Below, one piece after another: positions 28,690 to 39,159 of a stretch of DNA of 64,000 bases. The position numbers were made by a program, and so were the translations under genes. A model generated the notes under the pieces. That model was not told the origin of the DNA. It saw nothing but the letters and a program-made list of their open reading frames with translations, and searched no databases. The stretch covers positions 960,001-1,024,000 of the forward strand of contig OY970355.1 of the NCBI GenBank assembly GCA_963718525.1, given 5' to 3'. Origin of the DNA: Candidatus Dormiibacterota bacterium (GTDB taxonomy: Bacteria; Chloroflexota; Dormibacteria; Aeolococcales; Aeolococcaceae). The first letter of the stretch is position 1, and the number at the start of each line of letters is the position of its first letter.

Positions 28690-30705
28690 GTGTCCCCCTG
28701 GCTCGCCCTGCCGGTCGTCGCGGTTGTGGCGATCGCACTTGCGGGAGTCGCATGGGCGGCGGTGCGTCGCGAGAAGACCCGCCTCGGGTTTCTGCACACG
28801 ACCGCACTTGCGCTTCTCGAGGCTCGCGACCTCGAGGCCGCATCCGTGGAGGTGCTCCGCCGCGCGTGCAGCCGGTTCGGGGCCCAGTGCGCCGAGCTCA
28901 CCCTGATCCCCGAGACGGGCACCGCGGCGGCGTTCCGGACCACGATGCGTGGCGGTCAACCCGTCGACGTGATGCGGTCGACCGACCTCGAGGACGACGA
29001 GGACGGCGCTCTGACCCCTCCCGTGTACGGCGTGGTGCACATCTCCGAGGCTGCTGCCGACCCGTGGGTGGCCCGGCTGTGCGCCCGTCTCGGGATTTCG
29101 CGGGGGCTTGCGGTGAGCCTTCGCCACGGCTCTCGCACCGTCGGCTATCTGGCTCTGGGCCTGCGCGCCAGCGACCGGCGCGAGTCGCGCGCCGATGATC
29201 AGCATCTCCAGGAGCTCGCCAACCTCGTCGCCCTCACGATCGAGCGCAGCCGCCTGCACGAGGCGCTCGTCCGGATGGCGGCCCTGCAGAGCGAGCTCGC
29301 AGACCGAGCATTTCACGACCCGCTCACCAACCTCGCCAACCGCGTGCTGTTCATCGACCGTATCGAGCGAGCGCTCCTCGAACGGGACCCGGAACGCCAC
29401 GCGGTGAGCGTCGTCTCGGTCGACCTCGAGGACTTCCGGCGGGTCAACACGGAGTACGGCCACGCGACCGGCGACATCGTGCTCATCGAGGTCGCCAGGC
29501 GTCTGCACGAGTGCCTGCGCCGCACAGACACTGCCGCTCGCCTCGGTGGGGACGAGTTTGCCCTGCTGCTTCCTGAGGTGCTCCACCCTCGTGAGGCAGA
29601 GGTCATCGCCCAGCGCGTGGTGGAGGCGCTCGCCGCGCCGGTTGCCGCTGACGGCGTGACCGTCGCCATCCAGGCATCTGTCGGGCTCGCCTGCGCGAGT
29701 GCCGAGGATGCATCGGCGGCCGTCCTGCTCCGTCGCGCGACGGCCGCTGCGCAGGAGGCGCGCGAGGCGGGATCGGGCACCTATCGCATCCACGGCGGCG
29801 CCTCGGCGGGTCCGGCGGACCCAGACCTTGCGGCAGAGCTCGAATCCGCGCTGAACAAGGGTGAGCTGGTCCTCCACTACCAGCCGATCGTGGAACTCCG
29901 CACCGGCAAGATCCTGGGCGCGGAGGCACTCGTCCGCTGGCGGCACCCGGTACGCGGGCTGATCGCGCCGCTGCACTTCCTCCCCATCGCTGTGGAATAC
30001 GGGCTCATCGAGCGCGTCGAGGAATACGTGATGCGCTCGGCGTGCGAGCAGCTTCGCCGCTGGCAGATCGCGCACCCCGCCACTCCAGAGCTGGCCATGT
30101 CGATCAACGTCGCCGCAGGAGAGCTCAGCCGCGGGGAACTCATCGACCGGGTGAAGCGGTGCCTCGCCAACGGCGACGTCGCTCCCGCCTGTCTGATCCT
30201 CGAGGTGACCGAGAACGCCGTCCTCGAGGATCTCCCGGGAGCGATCACTGCCTTTGACGCGCTGCAGCGAGCGGGCGTGCACGTCGCGATCGACGACGTC
30301 GGTACCGGCTACACGTCCCTCGCCTATCTGCGGCGCCTTCCGATCGACATTCTCAAGATTGCCCGCCCTCTGGTCGCGGAGCTGGGCGATCCAAATTCCA
30401 GCGGCGAGCTGGCACGAACCGTTGTCCGCCATGGCGAGGCGCTCCGGCTTGCGCTGGTCGCGGAAGGGGTCGAGATGCCGCTCCAGGTCCAGCGCCTCAA
30501 CGAGCTTGGCTGCGGGATGGCCCAGGGGTTTTACCTCGCACGTCCCTGCGACGCCGACGCGATGGAGGCGCTGCTCGCCAAGGGGGGCCTCGACCCCGCG
30601 CACTTCGGCCCCGCGGCTCCGGCGCCCAAGGCGGCCGCGAAGCGCAAGCCGCCCCGTTCGCGGCGCGTACCCTCGTCAGGTGCAGCAGCGCGACACACTG
30701 CGTGA
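28690..30705 (+). CDS. GAF-GGDEF-EAL protein (paralog)
   Basis: Single TM; RLGGDEF, EALVRW, DDVGTGYTS; GTG start 4 nt after upstream stop. Confidence 0.9.
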   Translation: MSPWLALPVVAVVAIALAGVAWAAVRREKTRLGFLHTTALALLEARDLEAASVEVLRRACSRFGAQCAELTLIPETGTAAAFRTTMRGGQPVDVMRSTDLEDDEDGALTPPVYGVVHISEAAADPWVARLCARLGISRGLAVSLRHGSRTVGYLALGLRASDRRESRADDQHLQELANLVALTIERSRLHEALVRMAALQSELADRAFHDPLTNLANRVLFIDRIERALLERDPERHAVSVVSVDLEDFRRVNTEYGHATGDIVLIEVARRLHECLRRTDTAARLGGDEFALLLPEVLHPREAEVIAQRVVEALAAPVAADGVTVAIQASVGLACASAEDASAAVLLRRATAAAQEAREAGSGTYRIHGGASAGPADPDLAAELESALNKGELVLHYQPIVELRTGKILGAEALVRWRHPVRGLIAPLHFLPIAVEYGLIERVEEYVMRSACEQLRRWQIAHPATPELAMSINVAAGELSRGELIDRVKRCLANGDVAPACLILEVTENAVLEDLPGAITAFDALQRAGVHVAIDDVGTGYTSLAYLRRLPIDILKIARPLVAELGDPNSSGELARTVVRHGEALRLALVAEGVEMPLQVQRLNELGCGMAQGFYLARPCDADAMEALLAKGGLDPAHFGPAAPAPKAAAKRKPPRSRRVPSSGAAARHTA

Positions 30706-31459
30706 TCTCGCCCTCGCTGCCGCGTCGGCGGCGGGAGCGCTGGTGGCAGCCGCCCATGACCGCCCGGGGACACTGACCGCCGAGATCAAGAGCCCCGGCG
30801 ACTACGTCACCGAGGTCGACCGCTCCGCTGAGCAGGCGGCGATTCGCGTGCTGCGGGAGGGCGCGCCCGGCATCGCGATCCTCGCCGAGGAGTCGGGCGG
30901 CACGCGGCACGACCGCATGTGGGTGATCGACCCGGTGGATGGGACGACGAACTTCCTCCGGGGCTTTCCCGTGGTTGGGGTCAGCGTCGCCCTGGTCGAG
31001 GACGGCCGACCCGTGGTCGGTGCCGTGGTGGCTCCCCTGCTCGGCGAGGCGTGGAGCGCCGCCGAAGGCCTCGGTGCCACCGATCGCGCCGGGCGCCGCC
31101 TCATGGTGTCGACCCACCCGGGTGCCGGCGTCGTCGCCACCGGATTCCCCTTTCGCCGCAAGGAGCGATTGCCGCGGTATCTGCCGGTGATGACCAGGGC
31201 GCTGCGACGTTTCGAGGACCTCCGTCGCGCCGGCGCCGCCAGCCTCGACCTCGCCTATGTGAGCTCGGGCGCCTTTGACGGATTCTTCGAGCTCGGGCTC
31301 GGTCTGTGGGACATCGCCGCCGGCGCGCTCCTGGTTCGCGAGGCGGGCGGCGTGGTCACCGACTGGAGCGGCGATCGAGACGGCGTGTTCGTCAGCGGCG
31401 ACATCCTCGCCGGCACACCCGGGTGGCACGAGGTCATGCTCGAGATCGTTGCTGCGTAA
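30680..31459 (+). CDS. suhB: Inositol monophosphatase (SuhB family)
   Basis: DYVTEVD, AEE, WVIDPVDGTTNF, RRAGAASLDLAYV, WDIAAG. Confidence 0.88.
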   Translation: MQQRDTLRDLALAAASAAGALVAAAHDRPGTLTAEIKSPGDYVTEVDRSAEQAAIRVLREGAPGIAILAEESGGTRHDRMWVIDPVDGTTNFLRGFPVVGVSVALVEDGRPVVGAVVAPLLGEAWSAAEGLGATDRAGRRLMVSTHPGAGVVATGFPFRRKERLPRYLPVMTRALRRFEDLRRAGAASLDLAYVSSGAFDGFFELGLGLWDIAAGALLVREAGGVVTDWSGDRDGVFVSGDILAGTPGWHEVMLEIVAA

Positions 31460-31498
31460 CTGCGAATCCCAGTACGAGCCTTATAAGGTACGTCGCCT

Positions 31499-32329
31499 GT
31501 GAGCACCCAGAAACCATCGTCCCCTGCCCCCGGCATCCTCAGCGGGAAGCGCATCGTCGTCACCGGTGTCCTGACCCCCAGGAGCATCGCTTTCGCGATC
31601 GCCGCGGCCGCGCAGGCAGCCGGCGCCGAGGTGTTGCTCACCTCGTTCGGGAGGGCGATGAGCCTGACCCGGAAGAGCGCCGAGCGCCTGAGCCCGGTCC
31701 CCGACGTGCTCGAGATGGACGTCACCGACGTCGCCCAGGTGCAGGCGGTTGCCGAGCAGGCGCGAGAGCGGTGGGGTGGTGTCGACGGAGTCGTTCATGC
31801 GATCGGCTTCGCACCCCCGGACTGCCTCGGGGGCGGCTTCCTCGAGGCTCCGTGGAGCTCGGTGAGCACGGCGTTCCACGTCAGCAGCTACTCGTTGCGG
31901 ACGCTCGCCGCAGCATTCGCGCCGCTGATGCCAGCGACCGGGGGAAGCATCGTCACGCTGACCTTCGACGCGCGCTTCGCGTGGCCCGTCTACGACTGGA
32001 TGGGTCCCGCCAAGGCAGCGCTCGAGGCGATCGTCAGGTACCTCGCACGCGAGCTTGGGCCTCGCGGCATCAGGGTCAACACCATCTCCGCCGGGCCACT
32101 CGAGACCATCGCGGCGCGTTCGATCCCTGGTTTCGAAACCCTCAAATCATCCTGGGGACGGCATTCGCCACTCGGCTGGGACAGCTCCGACAGCGGACCG
32201 GTCGCCGACGCGACGGCATTCCTGCTCAGCAACCTGGCGCGCGGCATCACCGGCGAGATGATTCATGTCGACGGCGGCTATCACTCACAAGGAGCACCCA
32301 CCATCGAGCCCGCGGAGGCGAAGGCATGA
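31499..32329 (+). CDS. fabI: Enoyl-ACP reductase (FabI/InhA type)
   Basis: SIAFAIA, HAIGFAP, YDWMGPAKAALE, IHVDGG. Confidence 0.93.
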   Translation: MSTQKPSSPAPGILSGKRIVVTGVLTPRSIAFAIAAAAQAAGAEVLLTSFGRAMSLTRKSAERLSPVPDVLEMDVTDVAQVQAVAEQARERWGGVDGVVHAIGFAPPDCLGGGFLEAPWSSVSTAFHVSSYSLRTLAAAFAPLMPATGGSIVTLTFDARFAWPVYDWMGPAKAALEAIVRYLARELGPRGIRVNTISAGPLETIAARSIPGFETLKSSWGRHSPLGWDSSDSGPVADATAFLLSNLARGITGEMIHVDGGYHSQGAPTIEPAEAKA

Positions 32330-33582
32330 GCGGCAGCAACGGCAGCACGCGCGTGGCGATCACCGGCATCGGCGCCGTGACCCCCCTCGGCCTCGACGCG
32401 GAATCAACGTGGCAGTCGTGCCGCAAGGGTCACGGCGGCATTGGGCCGATCACCGCCTTCGACGCGTCGCACCTCACCACCCATATTGCCGGCGAGGTGA
32501 AGGGCTTCGACCCCGAAGCCGTGCTCGGCAAGAAGGAAGCGCGGCGCACCAGCCGGTGCACGCAACTCGCGCTCTTCGCCGCTCGCCAGGCGATCGAGGA
32601 CTCGGGCCTGGACATCCGCCCGATCGCGGAGGACGTCGGGGTGCTGGTCGCCTCGGGGGTGGGCGGCATCGAGGTGATCGAGCGCAACGTCCTCGCCCTG
32701 TACAACCAGGGCCCGAGGCGGGTGTCGCCGTTCACGGTGCCGTCGATGATCATCGACATGCCCGCCGGGGCGATCGCGATCGACTGCGGGGCGAAGGGGG
32801 TGAACTACGCGATCGTCAGCGCGTGCTCATCGTCCGGTCACGCCATCGGCGAGGCCGCGGAATGGATCCGACGGGGTGAGGCCACCGCGATCATCACGGG
32901 CGGCACCGAGGCGTCGATCACCAACATCAGCGTCGCCGCGTTCGATGCGATGCAGGCGCTGTCGACGCGCAACGACGAACCCGAGCGCGCCTCGCGACCG
33001 TTCGACAAGGATCGCGATGGCTTTGTCATGGGCGAGGGCGCCGGGATGTTCGTGGTCGAGGAGTGGGGGCACGCGGTCGCGCGCGGCGCGCGCATCTACG
33101 GCGAGGTGGCCGGCTACGGCGCAACCGCCGACGCCTTTCACATCACCCAACCCGACGAGCAGGGTGACGGTGCCCGGCGCTGCATCCTGCGGTCATTGAA
33201 ACGGGCCGGCCGCGAGCCCGATGAGGTCGACTACATCAACGCGCACGGGACCTCAACGCAGATGAACGATGCGGCCGAAACCCGCGCGGTGAAAGCGGCT
33301 TTCGGCCCTCAGGCCGGCACCATCCCGATGTCGTCGACGAAGTCCATGCACGGCCATCTGCTGGGTGCTGCAGGTGCGGTCGAGGCGGTCATCACGATTC
33401 TTGCCATTCGTGACCAATTCGTGCCGCCCACGGTGAATCTTGACGAGCCCGACCCCGAGTGCGACCTCGACTACGTGCCCAACCACGGGAGGGAGGCTCG
33501 AATCGACTTCGCCCTCAGCACGTCGTACGGATTTGGCGGCCACAACGTGTGCCTGGCGCTGGCACGTGCGGATGGAGCCTGA
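32326..33582 (+). CDS. fabF: 3-oxoacyl-ACP synthase II
   Basis: ITGIGAVTPLG, SACSS, RPFDKDRDGFVMGEG, INAHGTST, KSMHGH, GFGGHN. Confidence 0.96.
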   Translation: MSGSNGSTRVAITGIGAVTPLGLDAESTWQSCRKGHGGIGPITAFDASHLTTHIAGEVKGFDPEAVLGKKEARRTSRCTQLALFAARQAIEDSGLDIRPIAEDVGVLVASGVGGIEVIERNVLALYNQGPRRVSPFTVPSMIIDMPAGAIAIDCGAKGVNYAIVSACSSSGHAIGEAAEWIRRGEATAIITGGTEASITNISVAAFDAMQALSTRNDEPERASRPFDKDRDGFVMGEGAGMFVVEEWGHAVARGARIYGEVAGYGATADAFHITQPDEQGDGARRCILRSLKRAGREPDEVDYINAHGTSTQMNDAAETRAVKAAFGPQAGTIPMSSTKSMHGHLLGAAGAVEAVITILAIRDQFVPPTVNLDEPDPECDLDYVPNHGREARIDFALSTSYGFGGHNVCLALARADGA

Positions 33583-34111
33583 CCGGCTGATCCGCAAGGT
33601 CGGCGGGGGCCGGATCCGGCTCTGCCGTGCCGACATCACCAGGCTGGAGGTCGACGCCGTGGTGAACGCCGCCAACGCCTCGCTGGCCGGTGGAGGCGGT
33701 GTCGACGGCGCCATCCACCGCGCGGCGGGACCTGACCTGATGCGCGAGCTGCGCCAGCGATACGAACGCTGCCCGACCGGGTCGGCGGTCATCACCGGCG
33801 CCGGGATGCTGCCGTCCCGGCACGTCATCCACGCGGTCGGCCCGCGGTGGCGTGACGGGCGTCACGGCGAGCCCGAGCAACTTGCGTCGGCGTATTCCCG
33901 CGCCTTCGAGCTCGCCTCGGAGCATTACTGCGCCACGGTCGCCGCACCGGCGATCAGCACCGGAATCTACGGGTTCCCCATCGAGCTCGCGGCGCCGATC
34001 GCAATCGACGCTGCGGCCGCAGCCCTTGCGGTGCCCGGGACGACCCTGGCCGAGGTGACATTCGCGCTGTTCAGCGACTCCGACCTCGAGGTCTTCGCGA
34101 GGGCCCTGTGA
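33572..34111 (+). CDS. Macro domain protein (O-acetyl-ADP-ribose deacetylase, YmdB-like)
   Basis: DIT, VNAAN..L.GGGGVDGAIHRAAG, VIHAVGP, PAISTGIYGFP. Confidence 0.93.
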   Translation: MEPDRLIRKVGGGRIRLCRADITRLEVDAVVNAANASLAGGGGVDGAIHRAAGPDLMRELRQRYERCPTGSAVITGAGMLPSRHVIHAVGPRWRDGRHGEPEQLASAYSRAFELASEHYCATVAAPAISTGIYGFPIELAAPIAIDAAAAALAVPGTTLAEVTFALFSDSDLEVFARAL

Positions 34112-34149
34112 CGCCGGCTTGACGGACGCGTGGGAGGCGTGGCCATAGA

Positions 34150-35460
34150 GTGGGCAACGCCTTGTCTCAACGCCCTCGGTGGTTTGCCGCCGCCATCATC
34201 GCCGTCTCCTCGATCGTCATCGCCCACTACGTCCAGGTCTGGGCGGTGGTCCCGGCCTCGCTCGCGCCGACGAGCGACTTCGCCGGGACCTATGTTGCGG
34301 CGACCCTGATCCGCGACGGTCACGCCGAGCAGATCTACGACACCGCAGCCGAACGCCGGACGCTGGTCGAGAGCGGCGCTCCAACCGGTCACGACAACAT
34401 CCCGTTCGAGAATCCGCCGTCGGCGGCCGTGGTCGTGGTGCCGTTCACGCTCCTCAATGCCGGTGCCGCCTGGCGCGCCTGGTCCCTCCTCCAACTCGCG
34501 GTGATGCTGCTGGCGCTCGTCATGGTCACGCGCGCAGCCCCATGGCCGGCGGCATTCACGAGGCGGCCGCGCCTGGCAATGGTGCTCCTGGCGCTCGCGG
34601 GTTTCGGCACCGGGCTGCTCTTCCTGGAAGGGCAGTGGGACGGAGTCTCAGTCCTCGGCCTCGCCGGGGCGTACGTGCTCTGGCGGCGGGATCGCCCCGG
34701 GGCCGCCGGGTTCGCCCTCGGCTTCACCGCGGCCATCGCCAAACCCCAACTGGTGATCGGGATCGCCGCCTACATGGTCGGGAAGCGCGACTGGCGCGCC
34801 GTCGGTGGCGCGCTGGTGGGAGCCGCGGCCAGCATCGCGATCGGATTGGTCGGAGCCGGACCGCACGCGCTCGTCGCCTTCGCGGCGGCGATCGCGACGC
34901 CGAGCAACTCCCCGACGGCGCAGATGCAGGGGACGAGCGGCCTGTTCGGGTCCCTCCTGGGTCATGCGCCCGGGGTGTTCCTGCTGGCCGTCGGCGCCGG
35001 GGTGGCGGCGGCGGGTGTGGCGGGGTGGCTCGGCAGCGTGGCCCACCGGCGCCCGGACCTCTTCGAACCGTCGCTCTGCGGAGCGGTGGCGCTGTCGCTG
35101 TTCGCGTCGCCACACCTGCTGGGACATGACCTCACCCTTATGGCCCCCATGCTTGTTGTTGGCGTTGCCTGGCTGGCCGGCCGACCAGGGGAGGGATCGT
35201 GGCCAGGTCGCGCAACGCTCGGCGTCGTGAGCCTCTGGGTGCTGCTCTCCGCGGCCAGCTTCGAGGACCTGGCGCAGAACGCCGTGGGCCTGCCGGGAAG
35301 GGCAACGCCGTGGGTCCTGCTCGTCACCGCCGCGGCCTGGTGCGGGCTGGTCGCGAGAGCCGCACGGTCTCCGGCGGCGGGCATGTCGCTCAGCCGTGTC
35401 GCACGAAACGAACCGTCCGGCGCGTATGCACGACCCGAGAGTCCATCGGGACGATACTGA
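34150..35460 (+). CDS. GT87/DUF2029-family membrane glycosyltransferase
   Basis: SDF..Y, PFENPP, EGQ, KPQ, SPHL..HD; multi-TM. Confidence 0.82.
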   Translation: MGNALSQRPRWFAAAIIAVSSIVIAHYVQVWAVVPASLAPTSDFAGTYVAATLIRDGHAEQIYDTAAERRTLVESGAPTGHDNIPFENPPSAAVVVVPFTLLNAGAAWRAWSLLQLAVMLLALVMVTRAAPWPAAFTRRPRLAMVLLALAGFGTGLLFLEGQWDGVSVLGLAGAYVLWRRDRPGAAGFALGFTAAIAKPQLVIGIAAYMVGKRDWRAVGGALVGAAASIAIGLVGAGPHALVAFAAAIATPSNSPTAQMQGTSGLFGSLLGHAPGVFLLAVGAGVAAAGVAGWLGSVAHRRPDLFEPSLCGAVALSLFASPHLLGHDLTLMAPMLVVGVAWLAGRPGEGSWPGRATLGVVSLWVLLSAASFEDLAQNAVGLPGRATPWVLLVTAAAWCGLVARAARSPAAGMSLSRVARNEPSGAYARPESPSGRY

Positions 35461-35905
35461 TCGTCCCGTCGGGTTCGAGCACGCCGAGACGCACGTCCGC
35501 GACGCCGTCGACCCCGTGCTCGCGGATGGCCGTCTCCACCGCCTCGCGGTCGACCCCTTCGCGCTCCATCGCGCCCTCGATGTACCGCCCGCCTTCGATG
35601 ATCATTCGTGGCGGGGGGACCAGCAGCCGGTGGAATATACGATTGGCGTCGAGCCGCGAGATCAGGAAGTTGAACAGGACGAGCGTGGCGATGATGATCA
35701 GGCCACCGAGGAGCGAGCTGTCCGGGCCCGTCATCGCGGGCTGGACCGCGTTGGCGACCAGAAGTATCAGAACCAGGTCATAGAGGGTGAACTGGCCCAG
35801 CTCGCGCTTGCCGAACAGGCGCAGCGCGACGAGCAGGACCGCGTCGATGACGATGCACCGAACAACGAACTCCCATGCGGGGATGCCGAGCTGAAAGAGA
35901 TCCAT
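35390..35905 (-). CDS. DUF421/YetF-family membrane protein
   Basis: GKRELGQFTLYDL, LEPDGTISI. Confidence 0.9.
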   Translation of the reverse strand: MDLFQLGIPAWEFVVRCIVIDAVLLVALRLFGKRELGQFTLYDLVLILLVANAVQPAMTGPDSSLLGGLIIIATLVLFNFLISRLDANRIFHRLLVPPPRMIIEGGRYIEGAMEREGVDREAVETAIREHGVDGVADVRLGVLEPDGTISIVPMDSRVVHTRRTVRFVRHG

Positions 35906-35988
35906 GTGTCCGCTCCTAGTTGAATCGGTGTTGTGATGGGTACGTTCATACAGATGAAAGGCCTGGGGAGCAGGATGAGAACGGCATC

Positions 35989-37134
35989 ATGAACAGAGGC
36001 GGCGTCCCGATCGCCCGTATCGCCGGAATCAGGGTCTCGGCGGACTGGAGTGTGCTGCTGATCGGCGCTCTGCTCGCCTGGGGCGTGGCCGTCGGTGCGG
36101 TGCCGGCGGCGGTGCCGGGTACACCGGCGTGGCTTGCATGGATCGTCGGCGCAACCGCCGCGCTGCTGCTGATCGCATCGCTCACGGCGCATGAGCTCGG
36201 CCACGCTCTGCTCGCGCGGCGGCGCGGCATCGCCGTCGAGGGCATCAAGCTCTGGCTGTTCGGCGGCGTTGCTCAGATGAGCGGCGACTGGATGACCGGC
36301 AAGACCGAGATGCTCGTGGCCGCAGTCGGACCTGCGATCACCCTCGTCCTCACGGGATTCTTCGTCGGGTCGTCGTGGCTCCTGGTGCAGCTCGGCGCGC
36401 CACCCCTTGTGATCGTCGTCGCCGAGTGGCTCGCAGCGGTCAACCTGCTGCTCTTCGTCTTCAACCTCATTCCCGCCTTCCCGCTCGACGGCGGTCGGAT
36501 ACTTCGTGGCTTCCTCTGGACCCGGACCAAGAACCGGATGACGGCGACTGTCGCGGCGTCTCGCGCCGGACGTTTCTTCGCGGTCGTCCTCATCGGCTTG
36601 GGCGTGCTCGACCTCTTCTTCGTGGACCCGGTCGGCGGGCTGTGGCTGATGCTGATCGGATGGTTCCTGGACAGCGCCGCGCGCGGCGAGGCCCACGGCG
36701 AGCAGGCGCGCCACGCCCTCGAGGGCGTGCTCGTCGCCGACGTGATGTCGAAGAATCCGGTCGTCGTGCCGTCATGGATCACGGTCGAGCTGCTCGTCGA
36801 GCAATACGTGATGGGGCATCAGTTCACGTCCTTCCCGACTCACAGCATCGACGGCCGCATCGACGGCCTGGTGACGATGCGAGGCATCAAGCAGGTCCCC
36901 GTGCAGCAGCGCGCCAAGCGTCGTGCCATCGACATCGCGATCCCCATCGACCGTGTGCCGATTGCGCGCCAGGACGAGAACATCACCGACCTGCTGAAGC
37001 GCATCGGACCGGTGTCCGACGGCCGCGCGATGGTCTATGACGGGGGCACGCTCGTCGGGGTCGTGTCGCCGAGCGACGTCGCGCGCCTGTTCCAGGGCGG
37101 CCCCGGACGCGCCGCCACGCGGGTCGCCGCCTAG
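35989..37134 (+). CDS. Site-2 protease (M50) with CBS domains
   Basis: HELGH, FGGVA, FNLIPAFPLDGGRIL, two CBS repeats. Confidence 0.93.
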   Translation: MNRGGVPIARIAGIRVSADWSVLLIGALLAWGVAVGAVPAAVPGTPAWLAWIVGATAALLLIASLTAHELGHALLARRRGIAVEGIKLWLFGGVAQMSGDWMTGKTEMLVAAVGPAITLVLTGFFVGSSWLLVQLGAPPLVIVVAEWLAAVNLLLFVFNLIPAFPLDGGRILRGFLWTRTKNRMTATVAASRAGRFFAVVLIGLGVLDLFFVDPVGGLWLMLIGWFLDSAARGEAHGEQARHALEGVLVADVMSKNPVVVPSWITVELLVEQYVMGHQFTSFPTHSIDGRIDGLVTMRGIKQVPVQQRAKRRAIDIAIPIDRVPIARQDENITDLLKRIGPVSDGRAMVYDGGTLVGVVSPSDVARLFQGGPGRAATRVAA

Positions 37135-38168
37135 CCTTCGTCGCCGACGCTGAGGATCAACTTTCCTCGGTTCTCGCCGCTGTAGAGCTTGAGCAACGTC
37201 TCGGGAAAGCGCTCCATGCCTGCGACCACGTCCTCGACGGATTTGAGGCGGCCCTCGGCGATCCACCCGGCCAGCGCCAGTGCGGCTTCGCCGTACCGCT
37301 TCGCGAAATCGAACACGAGGAATCCCTCCATGCGCGCGCGATCGACGAGCAGCGCCATGTAGTTCGACGGGCCGCGCACACGAGCTTCGTTGTTGTATTG
37401 CGAGATCGACCCGCAGATCACGATGCGCGCACGGCGCGCGAGCCTGGTGAGGACGGTGTCGAGGATCTCGCCGCCGACGTTGTCGAAGTACACGTTCACC
37501 CGGTCCGGGCAGTGCTCGCGCAATGCTGCGTGGACATCCTCGTTCTTGTAGTCGATCGCCGCGTCAAAGCCGAGCTCCTCGACGATCAGCCGGCACTTCT
37601 CCGGCCCACCCGCGATCCCGACGGCCCGACAGCCCTTGATCCGGGCGATCTGGCCGACGATCTGACCCACTGCGCCCGCGGCCGCTGAGACGACGACCGT
37701 CTCACCCGCGACCGGCTTGCCGATCTCGAGCAGGCCGAAATAGGCGGTCATCCCGGGCATACCCAGCACGCTCAGGTACTTGGTCAGCGGTGCCGCGCCG
37801 GCATCGACGCGGATCACTCCCCGGCCGTCGCTGAGTGCGTAATCCTGAACACCGAACATGCCGCTGACGTGGTCGCCGATCTTGAAGTCGGGGTGCTCCG
37901 AGGCGATGACCCGTCCAATCCCGCCCGCCCGCATGACCTCCCCGATGCCGACCGGCGGCACGTAGGAGCGTCCCTCGTTCATCCAGCCGCGCATGGCCGG
38001 GTCCAGCGAGACGTAGAGCACGCGCACCAGGAAATCTCCACCGGCGAGTGCGGGAATCGGCTCCGTGAGGAACTCCCAGTCGGCTTCGACCGGAAGCCCC
38101 TTCGGACGCGCCGCGAGGCGCCACTGGCGGTTGACGGGGGCGCCGTCAGGCGCGGGTGTCGCAGTCAT
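37131..38168 (-). CDS. NADP-dependent oxidoreductase (CurA/prostaglandin reductase family)
   Basis: SLDPAMRGWM, GMTAYFGL, SAAAGAVG, FDNVGG. Confidence 0.93.
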   Translation of the reverse strand: MTATPAPDGAPVNRQWRLAARPKGLPVEADWEFLTEPIPALAGGDFLVRVLYVSLDPAMRGWMNEGRSYVPPVGIGEVMRAGGIGRVIASEHPDFKIGDHVSGMFGVQDYALSDGRGVIRVDAGAAPLTKYLSVLGMPGMTAYFGLLEIGKPVAGETVVVSAAAGAVGQIVGQIARIKGCRAVGIAGGPEKCRLIVEELGFDAAIDYKNEDVHAALREHCPDRVNVYFDNVGGEILDTVLTRLARRARIVICGSISQYNNEARVRGPSNYMALLVDRARMEGFLVFDFAKRYGEAALALAGWIAEGRLKSVEDVVAGMERFPETLLKLYSGENRGKLILSVGDEG

Positions 38169-38208
38169 CGCATCAGACTACGCGCGATGGGCTGGTAGGC
38201 TCTGGCCA

Positions 38209-39084
38209 ATGCTGGGCGCCGGACTCATACTCTTTCTCGCCGCGCTCCAGGGAATCACCGAACTCTTTCCGGTGTCCTCGTTGGGGCATGCAGTGGTCGT
38301 TCCACGGCTGATCGGGCTCAATTTCAATGAGACCAGCCCGGCGTTCGTCCCGGTGCTCGCGCTCCTCCACCTCGGGACCGCCGCCGCACTGCTCTTCCTG
38401 TACCGGCGCGACTGGGCACGGATCATCTCCGGGTTCGTCCGCGCCGCCGTCCGCGGGCGCATCGAAGACCCGGACCAGCGCCTGGCGATCATGTTGGTGG
38501 TGGGGACCGTGCCGACCGGGATCATCGGATTCCTCCTTCAGGACCCGCTGAAGTCGCTGTTTGGCGATCCCCGAGCCGCCTCAGTCTTCCTCATCGTCAA
38601 CGGCGGCATCCTCTTTGCCGCAGAGATGTTCCGGCGCCGGGACGAGAAGCGCCGCGCGCTGGGCGGTGCCCCAGTGCTCGCCCACGAGGAGGACGATCCG
38701 GCCTACCAGCCCATCGAGGGCCTGAGCCTGCGCACCGCGCTGATCGTCGGATTCTTCCAGGCTGGTGCACTGCTTCCGGGGATCTCACGTTCGGGGATCA
38801 CCATGGCTGCCGGGCTCGTCGCAGGCCTCCGCCACGAGGAGGCAGCGCGCTTTGCCTTCCTGCTCGCCACCCCCATCATCCTGGCGGCAGGTCTGCTCGA
38901 GGTGCCCAATCTCGGGGCTGACGCTCCCACCCTTGGGGTTGGCATCGCCGCCGCCGCGCTGGCAGGAATCGTCGCTTACGCAAGTGCCCGTTTCCTGCTT
39001 CGTTACCTCAGACTCGGACGTCTGGACCCCTTCGCGTATTACTGTGCCGCTCTCGGGTCCGCGGGCCTCGTCTTCATCCACTGA
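38209..39084 (+). CDS. uppP: Undecaprenyl-diphosphate phosphatase
   Basis: QGITELFPVSSLGH, HLGT, PGISRSG, AARFAFLL. Confidence 0.93.
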   Translation: MLGAGLILFLAALQGITELFPVSSLGHAVVVPRLIGLNFNETSPAFVPVLALLHLGTAAALLFLYRRDWARIISGFVRAAVRGRIEDPDQRLAIMLVVGTVPTGIIGFLLQDPLKSLFGDPRAASVFLIVNGGILFAAEMFRRRDEKRRALGGAPVLAHEEDDPAYQPIEGLSLRTALIVGFFQAGALLPGISRSGITMAAGLVAGLRHEEAARFAFLLATPIILAAGLLEVPNLGADAPTLGVGIAAAALAGIVAYASARFLLRYLRLGRLDPFAYYCAALGSAGLVFIH

Positions 39085-39159
39085 AGGTCGTGAACCGACT
39101 GTCGAACGCTGAAATGTCTTCGTACCGTAGGCACGGCCGCACTCACCGGGGGATCTCTT

